Source: a virus
Lineage: Duplodnaviria > Caudoviricetes
DNA: 64,000 nucleotides
Virus record (IMG/VR): IMGVR_UViG_3300044961_000667
Direction: 5' to 3' (one strand)
The notes under the pieces were generated by a model that was not told where the DNA came from, did no database searches, and was given only the letters and a program-made list of their open reading frames with translations. Positions 45,449 to 56,800 of this stretch are shown piece by piece. The position numbers and the translations under genes were made by a program. The number at the start of each line of letters is the position of its first letter. Position 1 is the first letter of the stretch.

Positions 45449-45519
45449 TGGGCCCTGAGGGGATCGAACCCTCTCCTGACGCTTAAGAGGCGCCTGCTCT
45501 ACCCTTGAGCTAAGGACCC
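45449..45519 (-). tRNA. tRNA-Lys(CTT)
   Basis: Cloverleaf. Confidence 0.9.
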
Positions 45520-45570
45520 AGATTCGGCCAGCCCGACTAGACGTCAGACAGGTGGCCGAACTGTCGCTGC

Positions 45571-45589
45571 TATCCAGTTTTCAGAGAAC
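45571..45589 (-). promoter_or_regulatory. rrn boxA-like element
   Basis: GTTCTCTGAAAACTGGATA resembles rRNA-operon GTTCTTTGAAAACTGAATA. Confidence 0.5.
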
Positions 45590-45599
45590 AGAACTGCGA

Positions 45600-45673
45600 A
45601 GCACCAGGTCGGGCTCGAACCGACGACCTGCGGTTTACGAAACCGCTGCTGCTACCTGCTGAGCTACTGGTGC
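45600..45673 (-). tRNA. tRNA-Thr(CGT)
   Basis: Cloverleaf. Confidence 0.88.
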
Positions 45674-45677
45674 ACTG

Positions 45678-45751
45678 CACGGCGAGCAGGAGTCGAACCT
45701 GCAGCGTCGGGTTTTGGAGGCCCGTTCCCTTCCCGTTGGGGACTTCGCCGT
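45678..45751 (-). tRNA. tRNA-Trp(CCA)
   Basis: Loop CTCCAAA. Confidence 0.85.
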
Positions 45752-45812
45752 ATACCGTTGTTCCTTTCCTTTTGACGAAACATCCTCTCGAAGACTGACC
45801 TGCGGTGGTGCA

Positions 45813-45852
45813 GAAAAGCGAAAGGCCGGGACCCTTTTGGGGTGCCCGGCCT
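45813..45852 (-). terminator. Intrinsic terminator upstream of the tRNA array
   Basis: AGGCCGGG-C-ACCC-CAAAA-GGGT-CCCGGCCT followed by TTCGCTTTT. Confidence 0.75.
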
Positions 45853-45879
45853 CCGTGAGCGATCCAATGTGCTACTGGA

Positions 45880-46050
45880 TCAGGTTCTCATGGAGCCGGG
45901 CCGTCGGTGGTCGCTGGTACCCAGATTCTGCTCGGGCTGATAGGCGACCACGCTTTCGACGGACCAAAGGCACGAACGCAAAAACGCCGGTCGAGCGGCC
46001 ATGGCCGCCCCGGCGATTCGCTTCGTCAGCGCTTTGGTTGAGGTCGACAT
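45880..46050 (-). CDS. Putative leader peptide (56 aa)
   Basis: Between promoter and terminator; last codons complementary to the terminator 5' arm. Confidence 0.5.
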   Translation of the reverse strand: MSTSTKALTKRIAGAAMAARPAFLRSCLWSVESVVAYQPEQNLGTSDHRRPGSMRT

Positions 46051-46078
46051 CGAAAGCACGTGCTCCTTGATGTCCAGC

Positions 46079-46108
46079 AGAGTACCCACCTGACGAATTC
46101 GCCGTCAA
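46079..46108 (-). promoter_or_regulatory. Sigma70-like promoter of the tRNA leader
   Basis: TTGACG-N18-TACTCT. Confidence 0.55.
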
Positions 46109-46130
46109 GCACCTGACGACGATTCTTCGA

Positions 46131-47066
46131 TCAGTACCAGCCCGCGGGGTTCAACGTCGGGTTGTTCTCGAACGGGTACTGCTCACCGCCACCCTCGTCG
46201 TCATCCTGCCAACCAGGAGCGCCCTGTTCCATCTCCGGGTCGGACTCGATGCTTCGACGAACTTCCTTCTCCATGAAGTCGGCGATCACCGCCATCATCG
46301 CCTCGTCGTCTTCAGCTCCCTGCATCGCGCTCACGAGCGAGCCCTCGTCCGAGTCGGCCTCGACCAGCATCTGGCCGTGGAGCTGGAACGCCTCGACGAA
46401 GTCGATCTTCTTCAGGAAGCTCTGCCACGCATCCCTCGCGTAGTCGGCGACCTTCTCCTTGAACTTGCCGGTGCCGATGTCTCGACCGCGGTAGAAACCC
46501 TTGAGAAAGGTCCTCGCGATCGACTTCGCGATTCCTCCGGCCACGTCGGAGACCTTCTTCTTCTCCTCGGGAGACGGCTTCTTCCCGGCCGCCGCCCCCT
46601 TGAGCGCCTTGGTCGCTTCCTTGGCTGCTTCGGGATTCTTGGCGACAGCCTTGGCAGCGGCCTTCTTCGCGCGGCCCTTGCCCTTCGCGACCTTCGCCTG
46701 ACCAGGGGCTTTCTTCGGGGCCGGCGCCTCGGCATCACCCTTCGGCTTGTCGACCTTGGTGGCCGGCTGCCCCTTCGGCTTCTTCGCGGAACCACCCTTC
46801 TCGGGCACCTTCTCCCAGTCGCCCTCCTTCGTCTTGACGAAGGTGCCCGCCTTGCGCTTCCGCTTCTCACCCGGCTTGGCGACGTTGGTGCCCTGGCCCT
46901 TGCCGGCGGCAGTCTTCGCCACCGACGGCTTGCCCACCGCGGTTCCACCCTTCTTCTGCAGCTGCGAGATCGGGATGAGCACCGGAGACGTCTTCACGTC
47001 GCGCGGGTACGGGCCCTTCTCAACGAGGGAACGCATCTGCTCCACGAGTGAAGAGAGGCTGCTCAC
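46131..47066 (-). CDS. Lys/Ala-rich protein, possibly head-internal
   Basis: SLVEQMRSLVEK leader; basic low-complexity middle; acidic tail. Confidence 0.65.
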   Translation of the reverse strand: MSSLSSLVEQMRSLVEKGPYPRDVKTSPVLIPISQLQKKGGTAVGKPSVAKTAAGKGQGTNVAKPGEKRKRKAGTFVKTKEGDWEKVPEKGGSAKKPKGQPATKVDKPKGDAEAPAPKKAPGQAKVAKGKGRAKKAAAKAVAKNPEAAKEATKALKGAAAGKKPSPEEKKKVSDVAGGIAKSIARTFLKGFYRGRDIGTGKFKEKVADYARDAWQSFLKKIDFVEAFQLHGQMLVEADSDEGSLVSAMQGAEDDEAMMAVIADFMEKEVRRSIESDPEMEQGAPGWQDDDEGGGEQYPFENNPTLNPAGWY

Positions 47067-47074
47067 GTCGACTC

Positions 47075-47428
47075 CTACGCGCTCTTGCGGGCGCGGAAGA
47101 TCGCGGTGCGCGCCAGCTCGTCCATCCACGATGCGTCCGCGAGCACCGACTGGATCGAATCAGTCAACTGACCCATGTACTCGTTCACGCGAGGCACGGT
47201 GATCTCCTCGGGCCGCCCCTGGTACTCGCGAGCAAGGTGCGCGGCCAGGTGATCGGCGAGCAGCTCTCGCAACATCACGCGGGCGTCTGCCTTCAGCGCC
47301 TCGTTCTCATCGTCGTGGAACGGGTCCTCGTCAGTCTCCCCGGCGTCTTCCACCCCCGCCGACAGGTGATCGAGCGTGGCCTGCATCTCGTCGAGGTCTT
47401 CGAGGATCTTCTCGGCACTGACTCCCAT
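47075..47428 (-). CDS. Acidic hypothetical protein
   Basis: RBS; follows a palindrome. Confidence 0.6.
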   Translation of the reverse strand: MGVSAEKILEDLDEMQATLDHLSAGVEDAGETDEDPFHDDENEALKADARVMLRELLADHLAAHLAREYQGRPEEITVPRVNEYMGQLTDSIQSVLADASWMDELARTAIFRARKSA

Positions 47429-47438
47429 CGTCCACCTC

Positions 47439-47453
47439 GTGCAATCGATTGCG
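47439..47453. repeat. GTGCAATCGATTGCG palindrome copy
   Basis: Exact 15-mer between a stop and an RBS. Confidence 0.8.
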
Positions 47454-47459
47454 TGAGCG

Positions 47460-47846
47460 CTACGGCTGCTGCGCCTTGTTCACCGCGAACACGACTACCA
47501 CGACTGTGGCCGCGCCGAGAACGAAGCCCGACACGAGGCCGATCTGCCCTTTATACTCGCTCCAGAAGGTCGGCTTCAGCACCTCGACCTGCTTCTTGTA
47601 GGCGTCCTCCTTCTTGGCCCACGCCTCCTTGTCGGCTTCGTACTCGCGCCGCAGCTTCTTCAGGTCCACCTTGTCGGCGAACGTCTGCTCGGCCAGCTGC
47701 TCCGGGAACAACAGGCCAGGGAACGGCGCCTTTTCTCCGGTCTCCAGCGGAACGATGACTCCTGCGTCGGCCAGGGGGACATCGACCGGCGGATCGGCAA
47801 AGGCCGGCAGGCAGACCAACAACGTCAGCAGGGCGATCAGTCTCAC
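47460..47846 (-). CDS. Spanin-like protein
   Basis: Signal peptide, coiled coil, C-terminal TM. Confidence 0.5.
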   Translation of the reverse strand: MRLIALLTLLVCLPAFADPPVDVPLADAGVIVPLETGEKAPFPGLLFPEQLAEQTFADKVDLKKLRREYEADKEAWAKKEDAYKKQVEVLKPTFWSEYKGQIGLVSGFVLGAATVVVVVFAVNKAQQP

Positions 47847-48820
47847 GGGGGCACCACGGGGAGCGTCGGGTTGCGACGGTACACTTTCGTGTTCGTCGGG
47901 TTGTCGTTGTCGTCTCGCAGATCGAACACCTGGATCGGCGTGAGTCCATCGACGTCGTACAGCGTGAGCTGGAACGACTCGATCTTCCACTTCCCGAAGG
48001 CCACCTTGCGGGCGGCGAGCGCGTGAGCCAGCGAGTCGGAGAACATCTTGCCGAACGTCCCGGCGGACGCGTGGCCAGCCGTGGGCTCGTCGTAGATCAG
48101 GTCGACGAGAGCCGGGTGGTTGGCGGCCACGTTCAACTGCGTGCCGGCCTGGCCGGCGGTGTTGTACCCGCTGATGCTCTTGTCCCAGACCGCCGTCGCG
48201 ATGGCAGCGTTGTCGATCGTGAGGTTCGACGCGTCGAACAGCGCCTGCCCTGCCTTGCCCGCGCCCAGGTGGCCGGCCAACAGCTCCTCCCAGACGTCGC
48301 CAGCGACCGTCAGAACCTCGTTGAAGACCGCCTGGCCGCTCTTGCCGTCGTTGTTGCCGGCGGTGTCGCCTCGGATGGACTCCTTGTAGAGCAACGCCTT
48401 GCCGAACACCGTCGCGGCTGCCGAGTTGTCGGTCGGGTCGCCGAGCTGATCGACGCGAAGGCCCTTCTGCCCGGCCGCGTACGCCGTGCTGTCGGACCAG
48501 ACGTCGGTCACGATCTGCGAGATCGGCTCATCGAGGAAGGCATCGCGCGGGCTAATCGCCCCCTTGATGTACCGCACCTCCTCGGTGGGGATGCTGGCTC
48601 CGCCGTCGACCATGAAGACGATGTCGGGATCGTTCTTCGTCGTCCACGTCCAGTCGAAGTAGTACTCGCCGTTGCTCTTCTCGACGATCCCACCGACCGG
48701 CGAAGCAGGCGACGTCGCACCGAAGGTGTCGGCGCGCTGGAAGAACGTGAAGATCGGCGCGAGCCCCGTGTCGGAGTTGCGGAAGTTCAGGAAGTAGCGC
48801 TTGACGACTGGGAATGGCAT
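47843..48820 (-). CDS. Virion structural protein
   Basis: V(W)D/E..H...GT(F)GK repeats; C-terminal GKWKIE..QLTLYD.DG.TP...FDL. Confidence 0.65.
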   Translation of the reverse strand: MPFPVVKRYFLNFRNSDTGLAPIFTFFQRADTFGATSPASPVGGIVEKSNGEYYFDWTWTTKNDPDIVFMVDGGASIPTEEVRYIKGAISPRDAFLDEPISQIVTDVWSDSTAYAAGQKGLRVDQLGDPTDNSAAATVFGKALLYKESIRGDTAGNNDGKSGQAVFNEVLTVAGDVWEELLAGHLGAGKAGQALFDASNLTIDNAAIATAVWDKSISGYNTAGQAGTQLNVAANHPALVDLIYDEPTAGHASAGTFGKMFSDSLAHALAARKVAFGKWKIESFQLTLYDVDGLTPIQVFDLRDDNDNPTNTKVYRRNPTLPVVPP

Positions 48821-48827
48821 CGGCTCC

Positions 48828-48989
48828 TCACTTTCCTGGCGGCGTTCCCGGCGTCATCACCTGCTGACCCTGGATGCTGGTGAACGTGCCGTTGTTCAGC
48901 GACGCACCGCCGTCTGCCTTCGGCCCTCCGACGGTTGCCGTCGAGGGCTTGGGCACGATGCTCACGATGGTGACGAAGAGGTCGGCCAT
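48828..48989 (-). CDS. Small hypothetical protein
   Basis: 53-aa ORF filling the gap between genes. Confidence 0.45.
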   Translation of the reverse strand: MADLFVTIVSIVPKPSTATVGGPKADGGASLNNGTFTSIQGQQVMTPGTPPGK

Positions 48990-48990
48990 G

Positions 48991-50802
48991 TCAGAACAGT
49001 CCGTTCGCGGTTACGAGCCAGATTCTCCCATCGGTCCCAAGAACACCACCAGCCACGCCCACAGCGTAGATGCGCTTGGCCGGCTCGTCGAGAACGACTC
49101 CAACCGCAACGCCATCGGTGAGCCCGACGGCAGTCCAGGTCGCGGTGTTGTCGGAGACCGAACCAGTCGACGCCCACGCCGGCTCTGCGCTTCCTGACGT
49201 ACCTCCAGCCGCGGTACGGAAGTAGTACTTCGACTTCGCGAACTGATGCGTCTCGCGAGGGCGCACCAACGCGCCCGCCGAATACACGGTGTTCCGCACC
49301 CACTCCTGGATCACCTGTCCCGAGAGCGTCCGCTGCGCAGCGATTCGCCCTTCACTGTCCAGCACGACCACGCCGGCGGTTCCAGCTGCAACCACCACGC
49401 TGCCGTTCGAGGCCACCTTCGACTGGAAGAAGCTGCCACCACCGGGCAACGTCAGCGAGTCGAACAACTGCACAGGCGCCGAGGAGCTGACGTACTTGTA
49501 GACGTTCAGTCGGTCGACCAGCGACGCATAGACGAGCGCGCCAGTCGGGTTCCCGGAGTCCACGCCCACGCTGAGCGCGTTCGCCCTGCTGGTCAACTTG
49601 GTGTTCACCAGCAGCGTCGGCGTCACGCCGTTCTCCTGGTACACCCGAAGCCTCTCGACGCCAGCCTCGGTGGACGCCACGAAGATCAGAGCCGGCGAGA
49701 GGAAGTTCGCCACTGCCACGGCCCTGACTCCAGTCACGCCCGAGAAAACGGTGCCCGTCGCTCCCGACGAGAGGTTGACGACAACGAGCTGCCCGCCCGT
49801 GCCGGAGTTGTCGGCGTACTGCGCGACGTAGCCATGCGTGCTGGAGACATCCATGGCCACCGCGTAGGACGTGCCAGGGAGATCGACGTTCAGCGAGCCG
49901 GCTGCAGGCACGAGCGAGTACTCGTTCACGTCGTCGCCGTTACCGGTCGGCCCTGCCGACGCCCCCACCGTCATCACCGTCCCAGCGACATCCACCCTCG
50001 CCACGGCGCCAACACCATCTGACGTGCCCTGCTGAACACCGTCGAGGTGGTACAGCTTCGTGTTGTCGGTCGACAGCACCAAGGCCCCGCGCAGGTTGTC
50101 GATCAACGTCGTGTTGTCGAACTTCGACGGCTCCCCCACGAAGAACGTGTTCGCCACCGACGGGTGCTTCACGATGCACTGCAACGGACGCGTTCTGCCA
50201 AGCGTCGCCGCCTCGACCAACTGCCTCGACTCTCTGCCCAGCTGAGCCACGGACGCGTGACTCTGCGTGTACGACGCGACGTCCACGAAGGTCGTCTCGT
50301 TCACCTGCCCCGTCAGCAACGGGTACCCCGACTGCCAGGTGAGGCCGCCGTCATCGCTGATGCGGCCGTACACGCCCAGGTTCTTTGCCGTGCGGTAGTA
50401 CAACATCCACTCCGGCCCCTGAGTCGTCCGGTACGACATCTTGGGCTGCGAGCCCTGGCAGAGCACCGTCGGCCCCGAGATGAGCACGCCCGTGGTCGGG
50501 TGAAACCGCGCGATGAGCAAGTTGCCGTTGGCGGAGCCGTTCACGGCAACGCCGTCGTCCCAGACCACCACGACATGGTCCGTCACCGGATCGTACAGCG
50601 CGCTCACGCCTCGGAACGGCTGCCCCAACTGCGGCGTGACCTCGGTGAAGTCGAGCCCGTTGTGCGGCTTCCAGCTCAGGCGCTTGGTCGCAAACGCGAC
50701 CGGCGTGTACCAGACGACGTACGTCACCCCCGAGCGCAGGAAGCTCGAAAGCTCCTGCGGCTGCCCCTCGATGGTGATCCCTGAGATGGCCGAGACGGTC
50801 AT
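48991..50802 (-). CDS. Virion protein, beta-rich/propeller-like
   Basis: 603 aa, Thr/Ser/Gly/Val-rich; W..NTVYSAG..V module. Confidence 0.7.
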   Translation of the reverse strand: MTVSAISGITIEGQPQELSSFLRSGVTYVVWYTPVAFATKRLSWKPHNGLDFTEVTPQLGQPFRGVSALYDPVTDHVVVVWDDGVAVNGSANGNLLIARFHPTTGVLISGPTVLCQGSQPKMSYRTTQGPEWMLYYRTAKNLGVYGRISDDGGLTWQSGYPLLTGQVNETTFVDVASYTQSHASVAQLGRESRQLVEAATLGRTRPLQCIVKHPSVANTFFVGEPSKFDNTTLIDNLRGALVLSTDNTKLYHLDGVQQGTSDGVGAVARVDVAGTVMTVGASAGPTGNGDDVNEYSLVPAAGSLNVDLPGTSYAVAMDVSSTHGYVAQYADNSGTGGQLVVVNLSSGATGTVFSGVTGVRAVAVANFLSPALIFVASTEAGVERLRVYQENGVTPTLLVNTKLTSRANALSVGVDSGNPTGALVYASLVDRLNVYKYVSSSAPVQLFDSLTLPGGGSFFQSKVASNGSVVVAAGTAGVVVLDSEGRIAAQRTLSGQVIQEWVRNTVYSAGALVRPRETHQFAKSKYYFRTAAGGTSGSAEPAWASTGSVSDNTATWTAVGLTDGVAVGVVLDEPAKRIYAVGVAGGVLGTDGRIWLVTANGLF

Positions 50803-53800
50803 CAGGCCCTCAAGCCAGTGCAGTACTTGGCCAGGCGGAAGCGTCGATCGCCGAACACGCGGTACGACACGGGGCCAGCATCCGCGGTGAACGACACCGC
50901 GGCCCCCGTGTAGTGGTTCTTCACGGTGATCGCCGTCGCGCTCGTGAAGACGCTGATCTCGTAGATCCCCTTGTTCACGCCGCTGTCGACGTAGAGCAGG
51001 CGCCCCACGTCATCAGAGCAGAACCCGGAGCCCACGAAGTTGCCGTTGCTGCCCGCCATGGACCCGTCGGCTCGGGCGTACCCGCTGCCGATGTCTTCAG
51101 GGAAGAACCGGTAGTGACCACGGCTGTCCTGGCAGATGTCGCCGCTCTGCAGCGGGTACGTGCTCATCGGTCGCGTGATGCGAGCGCTCTTCGAGCCCTC
51201 GGTCGTCGTCGACGTCGTGTCGTAGCCGGGGCGACGAATCTCCCAGGGGCGGTTGGTCACGGCCGGCTGCAGGTTCTCGCTGATCGTGATGGTCGTCAGC
51301 GCATCGTTGATCGTCGCGATCGTGTACTCGCGCAGATCGCTGTCGAACTCCAGCGTGCCACCAGTGCCGCCAGCGAACGAAACAGCGGCCCCCAACTGCG
51401 ACGAAACTGTCACCTGGGTCGAGCTGTTCACCGTCTTGATGATGTAGCCGCCGTTGTCCGCGGTGGCGCCAGTCACCTTGACCACCTTGCCGAGATCGGC
51501 GTCGGTGAAGGCGGCGGAGGCCGAGTTGAGCTGATTCGTCCCCACCGTCGTGACAGCATCACCGGCCGCACCGAGCCGACGAATCGCGAACCGATCGGGA
51601 GCCGTACCTCCGGCGTTGATGCCCTCGTGCACGGTGAAGTTCATCGGGCCAGCGTCGGTCGCCAGCGCAGGAGCACCACCCGACGGCGTCACCAACGTCA
51701 CCTGCGTCGCCGAAACACGGCTGGCGATGCGGTAGAAGTTGCCCGAGTACGTCCCCGAGGTGAACCTGACGAAGCGCCCCACGTCGGCCGTCACCCACGC
51801 CGCGCTCGCCGAGTTCAGCGCGTTCGGCGACGTCGTCGTGCCGTCGGTGTACGGCACCCGCACCTGGTGGCCGAGGAACTTGTTGCCCCCGGTGGTCAAC
51901 GTCAGCGTGTCGCCGCTGGCGCCACCGAGATCGACGTTCCCGTTGAAGCCCGCCACGCCAGACATGGCGTTGTTCGCCGCCTGCAGGAAGTCGACCCTGT
52001 TCAGCCAGCTGAAGTAGAAGTCGGCGTTCGTCTGCGCCTGATCGGTCGACGTGTAGCGGCTGCTCGCCAGCTTCGCTCCGGACGGCGAGTAGAACTCGAA
52101 GCTGCTCCACCAGAAGGCGGCGTCCTGGCCAGTGTCGCCGTTGAACCTCGGAATGCCAGTCCACTTCCACCACCTGCCCGTGCGCTGCGCGACGGACAAG
52201 TCGGTGAGGTCGAAGTACATCAACGCGTCGTTGTTGTCGTACTGGTTGCGACCGTTCAGCGTGAAGAACGTGCCGTTGTTCTTCACGTCGGGAGGCAACG
52301 CCTCGGTCGAGAACGACAGACGCTTGACCAGGCTCCAGGTCGGAACGACAGCCTGGTAGTTCTGGTTCGTGACGGTCGCGTTCGGACCCGTCCGCACCTG
52401 CGCCGACGTCGCCGACAGGAGCCGGTCCACGCAGAGACGGTGCGTCGGGGCTCCCAGGCTGGGAATGGCGATCATGTCTTCGTCCTGCACGCCATCGCGG
52501 ACTTCGTACGTGATGCCCGACGCAGAGCCGCCCCACGCCTTGGCCGTCTGATCGAGGTTGCGCACCGTGACCGTCGAGCCATCGAGCGACACCGCGATGA
52601 TGCGGTAGCTGCCGTTGTCGGCACCCGCACCAGCAGTCAGCTTCAACACCTTGCCGCGGTCGCCAGTGACGAAGGTCGACGCCGCCGCCACCAACGTGTT
52701 GCCGCCAGCCGTGATGGCACCGTCGGTGTTCGGGCCCGTCGTCACCGCGCCCAGGAAATCTCCGGACGACAGAGTCAGCGTGGTGACGTTCGCTCCCGAC
52801 GCGTTGATGTTCGCCGTTCCGCTGGTGCGAACAACGGACGAGGCGACCGGAGTGCCGCCAGAGTTCGGTGCCGAGTACAGGTTCGCCACCAGTCCGTGGA
52901 ACGTGGCCGTGAGTCCCTGGAAGCTGTACCCGCTGCCGGTGTTGCTCTTGAAGCGGATCTGAACGAACCCAACCTCGGTGTCCTTGCCGAGGTCGACCAT
53001 CACCGAGGCCCCCATCACAGAGCTGTTGGCGTCACGCCCATGCCAGTCAGTGTCGGCGCTGGGGGACGAGTACATGTCGGCTCGCCCACCGGCGTTGTTC
53101 AGGTATTTGTCCTGAATCCAGTCGCAGAGCTGGCGGCCGTTGGTCGTCTCCGCACCAGGCAGCGCCCGGTGGTGACTGAGTGCCGCATCGTACTGCGGCG
53201 AAGCCCTCGCGTACGTCTCGTAGTACACCTTGGTCTCGGTCGAGCCAGGCACGGCCAGCGGGTTCTCGACGACGAACTTCTTGTCCTCGAAGTTCTCCGA
53301 GAAGCGCGTCTTGAAGCCGAACATCTCGTAGGTGGCGCCCGACAGATCCTGCGTGTTGTCCTTCCCGAGACCGTCGGCCAACATCACGGTGATGTTCTCC
53401 GGGCCGGCGTTCGAGCCAGGGGTGCCCAGGTCCCAGACGGAGTACGTCAGGGTTCCCGCCGTCGCGCTGGCCGAGAAGGGCCTGCCGTTCATCCTGGTAA
53501 GCGTGACGCTCGCCGCGCTGATGAACGCGGTGATCTTGTAGACATCAGCGTCCGCTCCCGACTCGATGCGGAGGAGCTTGCCCACGTCACCAGACACGAA
53601 GCTGGAGCCGCCGAACGTCGACGACGCCGACGTCGTCGAGCCATCGGTAGCAGTCACCCTGCTCTGCCCACCGCGACCCAGGAACTCGTTGTTGGGCGGC
53701 GTCGCGCCACCCTGACGGTTCCAGCGCACCTTCACACCGAACATCGTGTCCTGATGCGTCGAGTGAATCGGCCGCGTGAAGAGCCCGCCGCCCTTCGTGT

Positions 53801-56800
53801 ACGAGAGCGTCCCCGCCGTCGCGCTGGCCGAGAACGGCTTGCCGTTGAGCAGCCTCAGGTCGACCGACGTCGAGCTGTTGAAGACGCCGATGCGGTAGAT
53901 GCCGATGGAAGCGCCCGACTCGATCCGCAGCAGCTTGCCCACGTCAGCAGCGGCGAAGCCCGAGCCCGTGAAGGTCGCAGACCCAGACGTCGTCGCTCCA
54001 TCCGTCGGAACGTTGTTGCCCTTGAGGGGCATGGACTCCCGCGAGTGCTCCAAGGGCACCCACTTCGCACCATCCCACTGGTAGTGCACTTCGATGGGGG
54101 CAATCAGGTACCGCGCGCCACTGCCCACCGCCGACGGATGGACGTAGAAGTACCGACCCCAGGGGTCGAAGTGGAACGCGACCGCCTCGTTGCTGTTGTT
54201 GGGGTTGATCTCTCCCTTGTACGCCCAGGACTGCGTCGCCTGAGAGAAGTACCCGACGTTGCCCACCGAGTTCGTGTTGGGCCTGAGGTACACCATCATC
54301 TTCCCGTCCGGGTGCTCGTAGAACGCTCGAACGTACCGCGTGTTGCCCGAGCTGCCGGCGTACGCGCCATCTGGCCGCGGGGCGACCTTGTCGGACACGT
54401 AGAACGTGCCCGCGTAGTTCGACTGCGCTGAACCGGAAGCGTTGGTGAAGGTCACCGACGACGAACTATTGAAAGCCGTGATCGGGAATGCCCCGTTGTT
54501 CGCCGCCGTCGACGCGCCGGTGATGACGATCCACCGCCCCACGTCGGCAGCCGTGAAAGGCGTACCCGTGGCGTTGATCGTCATGTTCGGCGTCGAGAAC
54601 GACAGACCCGTCGTGCCGTTGCCGGTGCCCGTCGTCAACGGCACTCCAGCGAAGTACGTCGTGTTGTCAGGGCCGAAGTGACGCTTGACGGCCGCCGCGG
54701 CGAAGTTGCTCCTCGGGATCTGGAAGATGCCGTTGTCGGAGCCGACCCAGACGTCATCGAACTTGCTGTTGACGTGGATCGCAGAGAACACGCCCGGCGT
54801 GCCAGGGTTGGTCGCCGGATTCGCACCGCCCTGCACAACACCGCCAGCCGGCGACAGCAGCGACGTGTTCGAGATCGAGATGAACGCGTGCGTATTGGCC
54901 ACGACGTCGTACTTGTTGATCTGCTGCTGCGTGTCGTTCGACAGCCAGTAGACGTCTCCCGTGCCCTGATCGACGCTGCACATCTGCGGCTGCCCGTACA
55001 GCAGCCCCGTGCCACCAGGAACTCGCGTGTTGATGTTCGCGCCATTCGTCATCGTCACGGTGCGCGTCAAGAACGTCCCCGGAGCGAGGGACTCCATGTA
55101 GTTGATCTTCCCGGCACCCGTCGTGTTGTTGTTGAAGAACAGGTACAGGCGATCACCGATCTCGAATGTGCCGCCACTCTGGGTGGTGAACGTCACCGCC
55201 CCACCAACGAGCGTCTGGACCTCGACCGAGGTCGCGCTATTGATCGCGCTGATCTTGTACGTGCCCGAATCCGCGCCAAGCCCCGTGAGCTTGATGACGC
55301 GCCCGATGTCGGCGGCCGTGAAGCCTCCCGACGCCGACGTCACATTGTCGGCACCATCGGTCGAAGCGTCGGCAGCAGTCCCGAGCCGAGTCCTCGTCTT
55401 GTCGATGACGCAACCCGCGAGCACCGAGGAAGGAACGCCGTCGCCGAGGCCATACTGCAACGTCGTCAAGTCCGGCTTGATGACGATGATGCCGGCGTTG
55501 CCTCCGCTCGCGTGGAACATCGCGACGTAGACCCAGTTCTTCCCAGAGCCGAAGTTACTGCCGATCTGCATCGACGTGACGACGTCGCCAGCACCCATCA
55601 CTGGGGTGGGCGTCAGCATCTGCTGAGGGGCATTGCCGAGGTAGTTCGCCACCTCGCGAATGCCCTCGCTCGTCTTGTACCGCCAGTGGAACAGCGCCGA
55701 CGTGTTCGAGATGGTGGTGCCGCTGAACCACATCCGCTGGTTGTCCCAGTCCAGAACGAGTCCGTTGCAACCGCCAGAGAAGTTCGACAACCACGGGATG
55801 GTTTCGCTCCCGTTCGCCCCGAACAAGCAGTCGGAGAGAATGAACCCGTCGTCCTGGATGGCCGAACCGAGAGCGCCATACCCGTGCGTGAACGGACGCA
55901 GCGTCATCGAGTAACTGCCCTGCTGCTCGGTCCCCACAGCAGCTTCAGTGGAGCCAGTCTTCTCCACGACGAAGCGCATGATGAAGGACTCCCGCAACGC
56001 CTTGTCACCGTAGTACGGCGCGGCCGGGTTCCGCGGATTGTACCGGCCGGCGGTGTCAACAGTACCGACACTGAGCGGGATGATGCCGACCTCGTTGAAC
56101 CAGGCTCGACGACCAGGAGCCGCAGTCATCAGCAGGCCACTCGCCGTGTCCTGTGCGTAGAATGGAGTGCCGTCCAGGTTTCGCAGCCACAGCCTGTTGG
56201 TCTGCAAGTCGTTGTTCTGAACGAAATAGTACCCGGCGTCAGCACCCGTTTCGATGCGGACAATCGAGAAGACATGCTGCGACGTCGACCCAAAATCCCA
56301 GAACTGACCATTCGTGTACGTGACGTAGCTCAACCCAGCAGTCGTGGCGACCGTGTTCCCCTGTTGATGCGCAGGGTGAAAATACACAATACCGATCTGC
56401 GTATAGTCGAGCGGCACGTCCACCTGCGAAACGAGCTGATCTCCACCACCAAATCTCGACGCGATAACTCCCGGATAGGCGCTCCCGGCACCAAGCCCAC
56501 CAACGACTCGCGGGATGTTGGCTGCAGGCACGTTCCCGACCGTCCCGGTAACCCTGAACTGCGCGTACTGCACCGTCGACATGGTCGTCGTGCTTCCGGT
56601 CGGAGAGTCAGGGTAGTTCGTCACACCTCGAACGAACGTGTCGTGACCGATGCTCTGATCATCGTCCGCCAACAGGTAGACCATCTTGAAGGGCAGAGCC
56701 AACACATGCGGGGCGGTGCCCGCGTAGTTGTTGTTCCACTGATAGATGGTGCGGTACCTCGACGCGTACAGGTACGACAAGTTCGAGCCCTGGTGCTCGA

